Shown piece after piece: positions 29,091 to 38,543 of a stretch of 64,000 nucleotides of DNA. The notes under the pieces are model-generated. The model did not search any database. It was given only the letters and a program-made list of their open reading frames with translations, and was not told where the DNA came from. A program made the translations under genes and the position numbers. The DNA is from Calditrichales bacterium (lineage in GTDB: Bacteria; Calditrichota; Calditrichia; Calditrichales; J004): the NCBI GenBank assembly GCA_965267575.1, contig OZ254086.1:2784001-2848000 (forward strand). The letters run 5' to 3'. How positions within the stretch are numbered: the first letter of the stretch is position 1; the number at the start of each line of letters is the position of its first letter.

Positions 29091-31394
29091 CTAAGTTAAA
29101 TCGGGGCGCAAACGCAAGAAGACCGGTTCACGCAGCGTTTTGTTGGGGGTAATCGACGCGTATTGAACTTCGCACCACAGCGTTTCTTTCAGCCAGGTGC
29201 TTTGGGCATCGTCTACAGGTTTCTCGTCGATGGACCGTTTTCCAGTTGGGATATCTTCCAGGATTTCACGGATTTCGCGCATTGTTTTGTCATTGAAGCC
29301 CGTCCCCACTTTGCCGAGATATTGCAATTTATCGCCTTGCGGTTCGGCAATGTGCAGTGCGCCAAAGGTTTTGGAGCGATCGCCTTTGCCCTCGGTAAAG
29401 CCGATGATAAGGCAATCCATCGTGCGCCGTACCTTGATCTTAAGCCAGGCGTTGCTGCGTTTGCCGGGCTGGTACAGGCTCTGCGCCTCTTTGGCCATGA
29501 TACCCTCCAACTCCATCTTTTTGGCGGCTTCAAAAAGCGCGTCGCCATCTTCCACGGCATCACTGAAACGATAAACGGTCTGGTTGCCTTTAATGGAATC
29601 AGCCAGCCACTCGCGGCGCAGAACAAGCGGATCGTTGACCAGCGGGCGTCCGTCCATGTAGAGGCAATCGAACAAATAGCAAACGGCAGGATATTTTTTG
29701 CGGCTGCGCTCGATGGCCCCCTCGCCGGTATGATGCAATCGCCGGATGACGTTTTTAAAAACGGGTTTGCCGGCGGGGTCCAGGTTTACGATTTCACCAT
29801 CGAACAGGGCGCTGGAAACGCGGAAGGCCTCTTCGGGGATGCACAATTCCGGGAAGACGTACGTGATGTCCTTGCCGTTGCGGCTGCTGATGCGGATTTG
29901 CCCGTCATCGATGGCGATAAGGGCGCGGATGCCGTCCCATTTTACCTCGTAGATATAATCGCCGCGCGGCACTTTGTCGCGAATTTCGGCCAGCATCGGT
30001 TCCATTTTGCCGTCAAGGAAATCGACCTGCGGTGTTTCCACCCGTTCCAGCAGCCATTGGTTTTCGCCGCCGGTTTCGTAGATGCGGTATTCGCTGTTCA
30101 ATCCGGGGGCCAGCAGGCGAAAGTAGAAGCCGTTTTTCTTGGTTTTGGTGATGCGGTAGCGCCCGCGCGCATAGATCCACATCTCGCCGCCGCCATATTC
30201 GCCCTTGGGGATGCTGCCCTGGAAATCGAGGTATTTCATGGGGTGGTCTTCGGTGTGTACCGCCAGCCGTTTTACGCCCGGTCGCGGTGGCAACCCCTTG
30301 GGCACGGCCCACGATTTCAACGTGCCCTCCTGCTCCAGGCGCAGGTCGTAATGCAGCCGCGTGGCGTGGTGGCGGTGCAGCACGAAGCCGTTGCCTTCCC
30401 CGGCAGCCTCTTCGGCGCCCGGTTCCGGGGTTTTGTCAAAGCGCCGTTTTTGGGTGTAACGCTGCAGGTTCTTCCGCGCCGTTGTGCCCGCCGATACCTG
30501 CGTCGGTCGCTCCGTATGCAGCGGTGTGGCCCGGGCGTCGATCTCTTCCCAGGCGTCGCCGTGTTCCAGCAACAAATCCAGCGCATTGTGGATAGTGTAA
30601 TCGCCCACGCCGGAGGTGTTTTCCAACTGCTGCCAGGTGATCGGCATCGAGACGGTGGCACCGGACAGGGCGCGTAAACTGTAGGGCGAAACAATCGTTT
30701 GCGAGGCGCGGTTGCGGTAGATGTCGACAAGCACCTTGTCCGGTCGGGCGTCTTTGCGGATGCTGAGCGTGCTGTTTTTAGGCAGCTTTTTGACGATGGC
30801 CTGGCCGATCTGTTTGGTTGCTTCAGCGATGGCGTCGTAGCTGTAGGCCGGGTCAATCGGCGCGACGATGTGCACGCTTTTGCGGCCGGTCGTTTTTACA
30901 AAGGGCGTATAGCCCAGCCCTTCCAAAATCGTTTTTGTCACCATCGACATTTCGATGATTTTGCTGAAGGCATAGCCGTCGGGCGGGTCCAGGTCGATGA
31001 CAAAATAGTCGGGTTTGTCAAAATCGGGCTGGCGTGTGGCGCTTTGGTGAATTTCGATGCTGGCAAGGTTGGCCGTCCATACCAGCACCGCTTCTTCGCG
31101 GACGATGATGTAGTTTTTTTTCTCCTTGCCTTTTCCCAGCTTGACGCCTTCAATCCACTCCGGCGCCCAGTCCGGCTTGTTTTTCTGGAAGAATGATTCG
31201 CCGTCGATGCCATCGGGGTAGCGGATAAAGGAGAGCGCGCGGCCCTTGATGTGACGCAGGATGGTGGGAGCGATCTTGAGGTAGTATTCGATGATCTGCG
31301 CTTTGACGATGCCGTCATCGGGGTAGAGCACTTTGTCCAGGTTGGAGAGCTCCACCTGTCGCTTGCCGATGGAGACCCACTGTTTTTTTGCCAT
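29091..31394 (-). CDS. ligD: NHEJ DNA ligase LigD (polymerase-phosphoesterase-ligase)
   Basis: LSNLDKVLYP, RYPDG and DLDP (POL); HHATRLHYDLRLE and SWAVPKG (PE); EVKWDG, EGIMAK and WLKIK (LIG). Confidence 0.95.
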   Translation of the reverse strand: MAKKQWVSIGKRQVELSNLDKVLYPDDGIVKAQIIEYYLKIAPTILRHIKGRALSFIRYPDGIDGESFFQKNKPDWAPEWIEGVKLGKGKEKKNYIIVREEAVLVWTANLASIEIHQSATRQPDFDKPDYFVIDLDPPDGYAFSKIIEMSMVTKTILEGLGYTPFVKTTGRKSVHIVAPIDPAYSYDAIAEATKQIGQAIVKKLPKNSTLSIRKDARPDKVLVDIYRNRASQTIVSPYSLRALSGATVSMPITWQQLENTSGVGDYTIHNALDLLLEHGDAWEEIDARATPLHTERPTQVSAGTTARKNLQRYTQKRRFDKTPEPGAEEAAGEGNGFVLHRHHATRLHYDLRLEQEGTLKSWAVPKGLPPRPGVKRLAVHTEDHPMKYLDFQGSIPKGEYGGGEMWIYARGRYRITKTKKNGFYFRLLAPGLNSEYRIYETGGENQWLLERVETPQVDFLDGKMEPMLAEIRDKVPRGDYIYEVKWDGIRALIAIDDGQIRISSRNGKDITYVFPELCIPEEAFRVSSALFDGEIVNLDPAGKPVFKNVIRRLHHTGEGAIERSRKKYPAVCYLFDCLYMDGRPLVNDPLVLRREWLADSIKGNQTVYRFSDAVEDGDALFEAAKKMELEGIMAKEAQSLYQPGKRSNAWLKIKVRRTMDCLIIGFTEGKGDRSKTFGALHIAEPQGDKLQYLGKVGTGFNDKTMREIREILEDIPTGKRSIDEKPVDDAQSTWLKETLWCEVQYASITPNKTLREPVFLRLRPDLT

Positions 31395-31474
31395 AGGTGT
31401 TTGAGAAATCGTTTTCGGGGAAATTAGGATTGTTTGGCAATAAATGAAAGAAGGGGGATTAAAGGAGTGGGTGC

Positions 31475-31737
31475 GCCCCGATAGGGCTGCTGATTCATTT
31501 ATTTGCGTTGTTGCTATGACGGTTAAGCCCTACGGGCTTGTCTGGTGAATATTTGTTGGGATTAGTTAATTCGGGCTGGAATATTAACTATTTTTATGGA
31601 TACTGTTGTTCTTTATAGGATTTATGCGGGTATTTTACGGTTTAACCCTGTGCTTTTGTCTGCTCGCACAATCAGCATCGCTAGATGCGGAATGTCATAG
31701 CAACCTACATCCATATACCTTGAAGCACCAGAGGTGC
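31475..31737. repeat. Composite REP-like module 1
   Basis: GCCCCGATAGGGC..TTGCTATGAC..AAGCCCTACGGGCTT - spacer - GCATCGCTAGATGC..GTCATAGCAA..GCACCAGAGGTGC. Confidence 0.8.
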
Positions 31738-31762
31738 GTGCGTTGTTCCCAAAGATTTGCCA

Positions 31763-32227
31763 TCATTTAGAATCAATATCAAACACATATTTTTCATTGT
31801 ATTCAACGCCGTATTTGTCTAAAAACTCTAAATACTCCTCTTGAAACGTCTTCACTTTATGATGCTGCTCCTGACCTTCAATATATTCTATCACTTTTTC
31901 TTTGTGCGACCGGCTGCAGGAAAACGCGCCATAGCCAACCTGCCACTCAAATCTTCCCTTCACCCAACCATGTTCATTTATAAATTTTGATGAATTGGCT
32001 TTTATGTCACGGACCAAATCGGATAAGGCGCTGTGCGGGCGGTAACCAATCAACAGATGTATGTGATCGGACACGGAATTAATAGCCAAAATGAGTTGAT
32101 TCCTATTCTTGACAATCCCGATTATGTATTTATGAATGTCCTCTTTATGTTTTATCGGTAAGGTGCGTGATTTGTGTTTGACGGAAAAAATTACATGGAT
32201 ATAGATTTGGGTAAATGTATTGGCCAT
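31763..32227 (-). mobile_element. tnpA: IS200/IS605-family Y1 HUH transposase with no tnpB; probably REP-associated
   Basis: YIHVIFSVK, DHIHLL (HUH), WQ.GYGAFS, catalytic YIEGQ and HH..TFQEEY tail. Confidence 0.9.
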
Positions 32228-32317
32228 AGCTCACTTCCTTACAACGAGTTGGCAAAAAAATGACGCGCCGAATATATGATTTGTTTTGATACCGTGCTAA
32301 ATCGTCGCGCCAAAAAG

Positions 32318-32534
32318 AGCCCGATGGGGCTGGGTTGGGCGGTGGATGGTAATATTGCTCTATGACGGACCAGCCCTGCGGGCTTAGGTTACGTTGTGCC
32401 TTTACGATTTACCGGTTTGATGTGGACGTTTTAAAATGTTATGCAAAATGTTTTTAACACTCCAAACACCAGCATCGTTAGATGCGAACTGTCATAGCAA
32501 CACGTACGCAATAAATAGGCAGCGCCATCGGTGC
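32318..32534. repeat. Composite REP-like module 2
   Basis: AGCCCGATGGGGCT..CTATGACGGACCAGCCCTGCGGGCT - spacer - GCATCGTTAGATGC..GTCATAGCAA..GCGCCATCGGTGC. Confidence 0.8.
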
Positions 32535-32560
32535 GGTCATCATTCCAACCTATTTGGTGT

Positions 32561-32768
32561 ACCCCGATGGGTCTGGCGTTACATTATTATCCGCTTTTGC
32601 TATGACGGACCAGCCCGATGGGCTTTTGGTTCGCAGCTCCTTGGGCATTGTGGGATAGGCCGGAGGTTTGAGTTAAAACGCAATTTACCTAGTAAGCCTC
32701 TAAAAGGGGCACGGATAGATGCGGAAAGTCATAGCAATGCTACCGAATTTCTGAAGCACTGTAGGTAT
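32561..32768. repeat. Composite REP-like module 3 (partly degenerate)
   Basis: ACCCCGATGGGT..TTGCTATGACGGACCAGCCCGATGGGCT - spacer - GCACGGATAGATGC..GTCATAGCAA..GCACTGTAGGTA. Confidence 0.75.
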
Positions 32769-32941
32769 TTTCAAAAAACAATAAATTTTACCATTTTCGG
32801 TTATGGCCGTTGACGGATTTGTGAACTGGGTCAATAGGTTAAAAATGAGGTTGTTTTCATTCATATCGGTACATATATTGCCCATTATTTTTTTGTATCA
32901 CTATAAAACATACCCACATTAACCTAACCAGGAGGACAATC

Positions 32942-34141
32942 ATGAAGATTGTTGCTACCCTTGTTGTGCTGTTATGTGTTTCTTTCGGTTTTTCACAATC
33001 TATTATTATTTCTGAGATTATGCAGAATCCTGATGATGTGACCGACGCGAATGGCGAGTGGTTTGAGTTGTATAACGCCGGGATTTCCGCAGTAGATATT
33101 AATGGCTGGACAATCAGTGATCTTGGTACCGACAGTCATACGATTAGTAATGGTGGACCGTTAACAATTCCCGCCGGTGGTTTTTTAGTTTTGGCTAGAA
33201 ATGCTAATACTGTTGAAAACGGAAATCTCCCCGCGGATTATGAGTACTCCAGTTTCACCCTCGGAAATACGGATGATGAAATCATATTAACTGATGACTT
33301 ATCAACAGAAATTGATCGCGTTGAATATGATGGCGGTCCAAACTGGCCCAGTCCTTCGGGCGCTTCCATGGTCTTCATCGGTGCTCCCGGTTCGGACAAT
33401 AATGATCCCGCAAACTGGACAACAGCAACGGTAAGAGAAGCTAATTATGGTACTGGTACAGATTTTGGTTCTCCCGGAACGAATGGTTCTGATCAATCAC
33501 TCCCAGTAGAACTCAGCCTGTTTGCCGCCAATGCCGGTGACAGCCGCGTTACTCTCAAGTGGGTTACCGCTTCCGAGATTGACAACCAGGGCTTTGCCAT
33601 CCTGCGCAGCCTGGAAAAAGAAGACGGCTACGAAGAGATTGATTCATATACCCGCAATGATGCCTTGCGCGGTGCCGGTACCTCTTCTTCCGAAAACAGT
33701 TATAGCTATACCGACCGTTACCTGAGCAACGGTGTTACCTACTGGTACAAGCTGGTCGATGTGGATGCTAACGGCGTGCGCACCGAGCATGGTCCCGTTT
33801 ACGCCACACCTCATGTTGAAAGCGTGAAAGACGTGGGCGGCAACCTGCCTAAAAAATTCGAGCTGCTGCAAAACTACCCCAACCCTTTCAACCCGGAAAC
33901 ATCCATCCGTTTTGATGTGCCGGCACTTAAGGACGGGGCGCTGGATGTTACGCTGGCGGTATTTAACAGCCGGGGCCAGCTTATTGCCACCCTGTTCGAA
34001 GGCGCAATCGATGGCGGCAGCTACAAAGCCACCTGGAACGGCCGCGACGACGCAGGCAACCTGGTTCCGTCCGGTGTGTACATTTACCGGCTGCAATCGC
34101 CCAGCTTTACCGAGAGTCGGCGCATGTTGCTTATAAAGTAG
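32942..34141 (+). CDS. Secreted lamin-tail-domain protein with C-terminal FlgD-Ig/T9SS-like domain
   Basis: IIISEIM.NP..GEWFELYN (LTD), LPVELSLF, QNYPNPFNPET and WNGRD..G..VPSGVYIYRL. Confidence 0.9.
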   Translation: MKIVATLVVLLCVSFGFSQSIIISEIMQNPDDVTDANGEWFELYNAGISAVDINGWTISDLGTDSHTISNGGPLTIPAGGFLVLARNANTVENGNLPADYEYSSFTLGNTDDEIILTDDLSTEIDRVEYDGGPNWPSPSGASMVFIGAPGSDNNDPANWTTATVREANYGTGTDFGSPGTNGSDQSLPVELSLFAANAGDSRVTLKWVTASEIDNQGFAILRSLEKEDGYEEIDSYTRNDALRGAGTSSSENSYSYTDRYLSNGVTYWYKLVDVDANGVRTEHGPVYATPHVESVKDVGGNLPKKFELLQNYPNPFNPETSIRFDVPALKDGALDVTLAVFNSRGQLIATLFEGAIDGGSYKATWNGRDDAGNLVPSGVYIYRLQSPSFTESRRMLLIK

Positions 34142-34180
34142 AGTGAATGTGTTAAGGTGTTAATGTTTTAAAGTGTTAAT
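34141..34180 (+). repeat. 8-mer tandem repeat GTGTTAAn
   Basis: gagtgaat gtgttaag gtgttaat gttttaaa gtgttaat at the stop codon; same unit as 25884. Confidence 0.75.
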
Positions 34181-34213
34181 GTCGGCGGCAGATGCCGCAG
34201 CGGTGGCTTGAAT

Positions 34214-34242
34214 AATCCCGGTCTTTATGCCGGGATTTTTTT
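34214..34242 (+). terminator. Rho-independent terminator
   Basis: AATCCCGG-TCTTTATG-CCGGGATT followed by a T run. Confidence 0.75.
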
Positions 34243-34262
34243 ATGGATGTCCAAAATCTTGT

Positions 34263-34655
34263 TTAGGAATCTCCGGCCTGTTCCTGTAAGCCAAGCCATT
34301 GGCGGGCCTTTTGGGCATCCGTAAATATGCGGATATCCATGTTGCTGTCGGACATCAATGTCTGGTACATGCGCGCCAGGCCCATTTGCAGGTTGTTTTT
34401 AACCAGCAGGGCGTTTTTGGCGGGCAGGCTTTGCCGGCTGCTGCTCTCAATGTTGGTCATGGTCATCATCTTGTTGTAATCCACGTCGGCCTCGCTTACG
34501 CCGCTGCAGTCCCAGAATTCATTATAACCGGAGATCTGCTCCTCAAGCTGCACCAGCTCTGTTACCAGCTCAATCAGCTCGGCGCCGGTTACCGTGTCAT
34601 ACAGCTTGCCGTCCACAAGCTTTTTGTCATGATCCACATCAAAAGAATACGCCAT
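34263..34655 (-). CDS. STAS/SEC14-like (SpoIIAA-like) small protein
   Basis: D.S.V, GLARMYQ and IF.D...ARQWL pattern; related to 59403..59822. Confidence 0.65.
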   Translation of the reverse strand: MAYSFDVDHDKKLVDGKLYDTVTGAELIELVTELVQLEEQISGYNEFWDCSGVSEADVDYNKMMTMTNIESSSRQSLPAKNALLVKNNLQMGLARMYQTLMSDSNMDIRIFTDAQKARQWLGLQEQAGDS

Positions 34656-34782
34656 AATGATTGCCTTAAAGTTGCGATTAAAAATAAGGGGCAACTATTC
34701 GCTTGGCAATATTTTGGTTGAGGACGTGTTAATTTACATCACCATTATTTTCAGACATCCCGAAATATTTGTATTTCCGATC

Positions 34783-34807
34783 AAGTTAAACTAAACTTAG
34801 TTCACTT
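34783..34807. promoter_or_regulatory. Putative Phd operator
   Basis: Palindrome AACTAA-AC-TTAGTT flanked by AAGT/ACTT, upstream of the antitoxin. Confidence 0.5.
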
Positions 34808-34821
34808 AAAGGAGTGGTGAA

Positions 34822-35061
34822 ATGCGCAAGATTAATATTCACGAAGCTAAGACAAACTTGTCCCGCCTTGCCGAAGAAGCAGAAGCCGGGGAAGAAATAA
34901 TAATCGCCAAAGCCGGTAAGCCCAAAGCTAAGCTGGGGCCTATTGATCAACCTAAAAAGAAAATTATTTTTGGTGCTTTAAAAGGAAAACTGCATATATC
35001 TGGCTATTTTGATGATGAACTACCTAAAAATATTCTGGACAGTTTTACGAAGCCTGAATAA
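34822..35061 (+). CDS. Phd/YefM family antitoxin
   Basis: INIHEAKTNLSRL...GEEIIIAKAGKP.AKL. Confidence 0.92.
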   Translation: MRKINIHEAKTNLSRLAEEAEAGEEIIIAKAGKPKAKLGPIDQPKKKIIFGALKGKLHISGYFDDELPKNILDSFTKPE

Positions 35062-35444
35062 TGAGAATACTTCTTGACACACATATATTAATCTGGTCCT
35101 TGACCGCAAACCCTACCATGCCCCAAAAAGCTGTCGATATAATAAACGGTGCAGATAAGGTCTATGTAAGTGCCGCAAATATTTGGGAGATTGTAATAAA
35201 ACAATCCGTAGGCAAATTAAAAATCGACATAACGGGTTACGAACTGTTGGAAGCCATCAAAAATAGCGGTTTCGAATTTCTGGACATTAAACCTCAACAT
35301 GCGATTAAACTATTGTCCCTTGAAGAACACCACATAGATCCGTTTGACCGGATGCTCATTGCCCAAAGCCTGACTGAACCTTTGCACTTGCTTACGGTTG
35401 ATGACAAAGTGGCGCAGTATCATGGAAATATAATCAAGCTCTAA
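35061..35444 (+). CDS. vapC: PIN-domain toxin VapC
   Basis: ILLDTHILIW, SAANIWE, H.DPFDRMLIAQ and LLTVD. Confidence 0.92.
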   Translation: MRILLDTHILIWSLTANPTMPQKAVDIINGADKVYVSAANIWEIVIKQSVGKLKIDITGYELLEAIKNSGFEFLDIKPQHAIKLLSLEEHHIDPFDRMLIAQSLTEPLHLLTVDDKVAQYHGNIIKL

Positions 35445-35642
35445 AATTTTCACAGGTCTTTAAACTTCCTTTTCGCGATATAAAGCCTTTCCCTTACTTT
35501 GGCCGGCAATCTCTAAAACTATGCGACGGCCTTTGCCGGAGCTCGTAATTGATCTTAGCCGGAAGGTATCAAAATAACCGAGGGCAAAGTTTCTACTCAA
35601 TGGCGCCTTGCTGAAGTATAGAAGAAAAACTGCGTTAACATT

Positions 35643-36632
35643 CTAAAGCTTAACCCAAAAACTTCTGAAATACCGCGAGTCCTTTTTGGCCTCCTTACAC
35701 TCTTCGCCGCTTACCTCCATCGAACCATCGTCGCTAAGCAGTTGAATACTGCCCGGTCTTGAGCCATAAGCAATGATCGCTTCGGGGTTGAAGCCTGTAA
35801 AATCCGCGCCTTCAACTAAACCCGGCGCATCTCCGGGGTCTCCGCTCCAGACATACAGTTTGGAAACCCCGCCGCCATCGTATGGCCCGGCCACAATCAA
35901 ATACTTTTCCAGGGGTTGAACGTATTGAATGCTGCGAATGCCCATATTGTTTAGCGATAGCTTTATCGCCTCGCCAAAAACAGCCGTTTCCCCGGCTATG
36001 ACGTCGTCCGGATTCTGCAGTGCTATGATGAGGGCCATGCCGGCGGGTACAGGATTGCGGAAGCCGATTAAAAGCCGGCCGTCGGGCGTAGCGCAAAGCC
36101 CCTCAATATTCAGTGCCGCGTAATCTGTGGGCGCTTTTTGAGAAGCACTTTCGAAATTAAATTCTTCAAACTGCGGCGTACCGGCCAGTGCCTTTACGAG
36201 GTCCTTATAGGGCAAGCCGGCAGGCACGAGGGAAATACGGCCGCTATTAGCAACAATATCCGTCGCAAAGAATCCGTGACGTCCGGGGCGGTGCTTGCCC
36301 TTTTTGTTTCTCCCGTGAGAGGTGATCCAATAAATGCGGTTAGCGGCACGTGCCGCTCCTTCGATGTCCGCCTCACGATTCCCGTCAATATCCAGAAAAG
36401 CCGCCAAATCAACAGAGCCAACCGGACCGGCGTTCTTATCATTTTGGTAAATCCTGAGAATATTGTCTTCATCGTTTGCAACAACAAATCGCGATGGATC
36501 CAGGGCAATCGCGGCAGAAGCGTCACATATCTCCCTGTGTACGACAAATTCCCTGTTCGCGTCCGGAGAGCAGGATAGTTGAAAAGAAAAGCAAAAGGAA
36601 ATGGACAAAAAAAGCAAGAATCGTATAGACAT
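35643..36632 (-). CDS. DUF3616-like exported beta-propeller protein
   Basis: DASAA, VANDEDN, ADIEGAA, YWITSH, LNIEGL, IGFRNP and NPEA. Confidence 0.75.
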   Translation of the reverse strand: MSIRFLLFLSISFCFSFQLSCSPDANREFVVHREICDASAAIALDPSRFVVANDEDNILRIYQNDKNAGPVGSVDLAAFLDIDGNREADIEGAARAANRIYWITSHGRNKKGKHRPGRHGFFATDIVANSGRISLVPAGLPYKDLVKALAGTPQFEEFNFESASQKAPTDYAALNIEGLCATPDGRLLIGFRNPVPAGMALIIALQNPDDVIAGETAVFGEAIKLSLNNMGIRSIQYVQPLEKYLIVAGPYDGGGVSKLYVWSGDPGDAPGLVEGADFTGFNPEAIIAYGSRPGSIQLLSDDGSMEVSGEECKEAKKDSRYFRSFWVKL

Positions 36633-36779
36633 AACCTTCCTTATAAAGCTGTTTTTGTATTGTTGACAGGAAATTAACGCCAACAATTTAATATCCTTTT
36701 GTCCGCTTTGGCAAAACAGGGGAAGGTGCCGTCTTAGAAACAGTCGTAGATTTTTAGTATTGCTTTTCTAAATCTATTC

Positions 36780-36810
36780 TACTATACTTATAGTAATTCT
36801 ACTACTAGTA
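36780..36810. promoter_or_regulatory. Putative BlaI-type operator
   Basis: Near-palindrome TACTATACTTATAGTA (36780-36795) plus TACTACTAGTA, just upstream of blaI. Confidence 0.5.
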
Positions 36811-36822
36811 ACAGAGGAAGTA

Positions 36823-37206
36823 ATGGCCAAAACACGTCTTTCCCCGTTGGAGCTGGAGATACTGGACAACATCTGGGGATTTGAAAAGCAGTGCACCGTG
36901 CGTGATGTATTGCAGAAAGCCTACCCCAAAGGCGAGAAAGCTTATACCACCGTGCAAACAGTCATGAACAATCTTTTTGATAAAGGCTACCTGAAGCGCG
37001 AGAAGATCGGCATGGTCAACTTTTACCAACCGCGGCAGCACAAAAGCAAGGTGCTGCAAAAAGAGGTAAGCCGCTTTCTTGATAAAACTTTTTCCGGCTC
37101 CTTCAACAGCATGGTCAGCTTTTTGTTTGAGGCCGACGCGCTGAGCCGGGAAGAAATCGATGAACTTAAAAAGCTGATCAACGAACGGGAGCAGGAAAAT
37201 GAGTAG
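36823..37206 (+). CDS. blaI: BlaI/MecI/CopY family repressor
   Basis: LSPLELEIL..IW, AYTTVQT.M..L..KGYL.R and F.GS...MV.FL. Confidence 0.9.
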   Translation: MAKTRLSPLELEILDNIWGFEKQCTVRDVLQKAYPKGEKAYTTVQTVMNNLFDKGYLKREKIGMVNFYQPRQHKSKVLQKEVSRFLDKTFSGSFNSMVSFLFEADALSREEIDELKKLINEREQENE

Positions 37207-38527
37207 CTTAATCAGCGGAATCAATGATATTGCTGCTGCCTGGTGGCCGCTGTGGCTGTCGGCGCAGCTGCAGGGCAGCCTGTTTATTGCTTTGGTGGTG
37301 ACGCTGCTTTTTCTATTACGGCCCAATCTGAAAAGCCACCGTTTGGCTTACCGGTTGATGTTCATAAAACTGGCTATCCCGCCACTCATACTACCTTTTG
37401 CCTTTTCGAGTGAATCACCGGTTAGCAGCGCTTTGTTGTTTATGGAACCCATTCTTGTCGGCAGTGAAAGCACAACATCGGCCTCACTTAGCCTGAGCGC
37501 GCTCATGTTCAGTGGCTGGTTTTTGATGGTAGTTGCGCTGATGTTTGCCTCACTGCTGCCGCTTTTGCGATTTCGCCGTTGGCTGAAGAACGCTGTCGAT
37601 ATTAGCGATCGTTTCCCGCGAAGCTGGCGTCTGGGCAAAGGCAGCGTGCTGCTTTCAACGCAGGTACATAATCCCTGCGTCTCGGGATTTATCACACCAA
37701 GAATTGTGTTGCCCGCCAACGCTGAGAACTGGGATAAGCAAACACTGGATTGTGTGGTTGCTCATGAAGTAGCCCACATCGAAAACAGAGACCTTCATGA
37801 GCGCTTTTTCCAGCAGCTTATTATGATTCTCTTTTTCCCCAATCCGCTGGTGTGGTTTATTCATAAGGGTTTTAACCGCCTGCGCGAATCCTACTGCGAC
37901 AGCTGGGCCATTGATTTTCTTTCTCTAAACAACGGCACCTATGCGGAAAACATTGTCCGCGCGGCGGAAGAGATGCAGGAAGGTCGCGCTCACTTTAGTC
38001 CGCAGATGGCCTTTTTCGCATCAAAATCGGAACTGTATAAACGCATTCACATGCTTGTAAAATCAAAGGAGGGTAAGATGAATATTTCCCGGCAACGTAT
38101 ATCCGTAACCACGGTTTTGGCCGTTGTCCTGCTGGCATTCGTTTTTTCATGCGATTATGGCACCACAAAAACGGAAGAAACCGCGGAAACCAAAACAGTG
38201 TCTTCAGATGAAACGGTTTACAAGTTTTTTGAAGTGACTACAAAGCCGCAGATGCAAAACAAAGTGGTTCCAAAGTATCCACAGGAAGCCCGTGATGCCG
38301 GTATTGAGGGGAAGGTAATTGTAGTTGCCGTCATCGGTGAAGACGGCTCTGTAACAGAGGCAAGAGTGATGAAATCGGTGCATGATCTGCTGGACAAGGC
38401 CGCCCTGGAAGCCGCTGCCCAAATGACGTTTACACCGGCCTATATTGATGGTACACCGGTGAAGGTGCAGATGGCCGTGCCATATCAGTTTACACTGTCG
38501 GAAGAGGCTGAGACAACCAAAGAATAG
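37199..38527 (+). CDS. M56 (BlaR1-like) peptidase fused to a TonB C-terminal domain
   Basis: P.V.G...PRIVLP, AHEVAH, FFPNPLVW and RE..CD; C-terminal P.YPQEAR.AGIEG.V and LDKAAL. Confidence 0.9.
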   Translation: MSSLISGINDIAAAWWPLWLSAQLQGSLFIALVVTLLFLLRPNLKSHRLAYRLMFIKLAIPPLILPFAFSSESPVSSALLFMEPILVGSESTTSASLSLSALMFSGWFLMVVALMFASLLPLLRFRRWLKNAVDISDRFPRSWRLGKGSVLLSTQVHNPCVSGFITPRIVLPANAENWDKQTLDCVVAHEVAHIENRDLHERFFQQLIMILFFPNPLVWFIHKGFNRLRESYCDSWAIDFLSLNNGTYAENIVRAAEEMQEGRAHFSPQMAFFASKSELYKRIHMLVKSKEGKMNISRQRISVTTVLAVVLLAFVFSCDYGTTKTEETAETKTVSSDETVYKFFEVTTKPQMQNKVVPKYPQEARDAGIEGKVIVVAVIGEDGSVTEARVMKSVHDLLDKAALEAAAQMTFTPAYIDGTPVKVQMAVPYQFTLSEEAETTKE

Positions 38528-38543
38528 TAAAGTGAGTAATTAG

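Noticed and set aside
29163..30677. 504-aa plus-strand ORF
   Set aside because: Antisense shadow of the GC-rich ligD; no recognisable motifs
31475..32768. Repeat-spacer pattern as a CRISPR array
   Set aside because: Repeat cores alternate in orientation, spacers are long and irregular, and there are no cas genes
32436..32885. ORFs 32436..32813 and 32700..32885 as tnpB or passenger genes
   Set aside because: They run through the repeat modules and lack RuvC or zinc-finger motifs
35445..35642. Possible riboswitch or ncRNA (CCGGCAA...TTGCCGG pairing)
   Set aside because: It lies between convergent 3' ends and I recognise no family consensus; an Rfam scan would be needed
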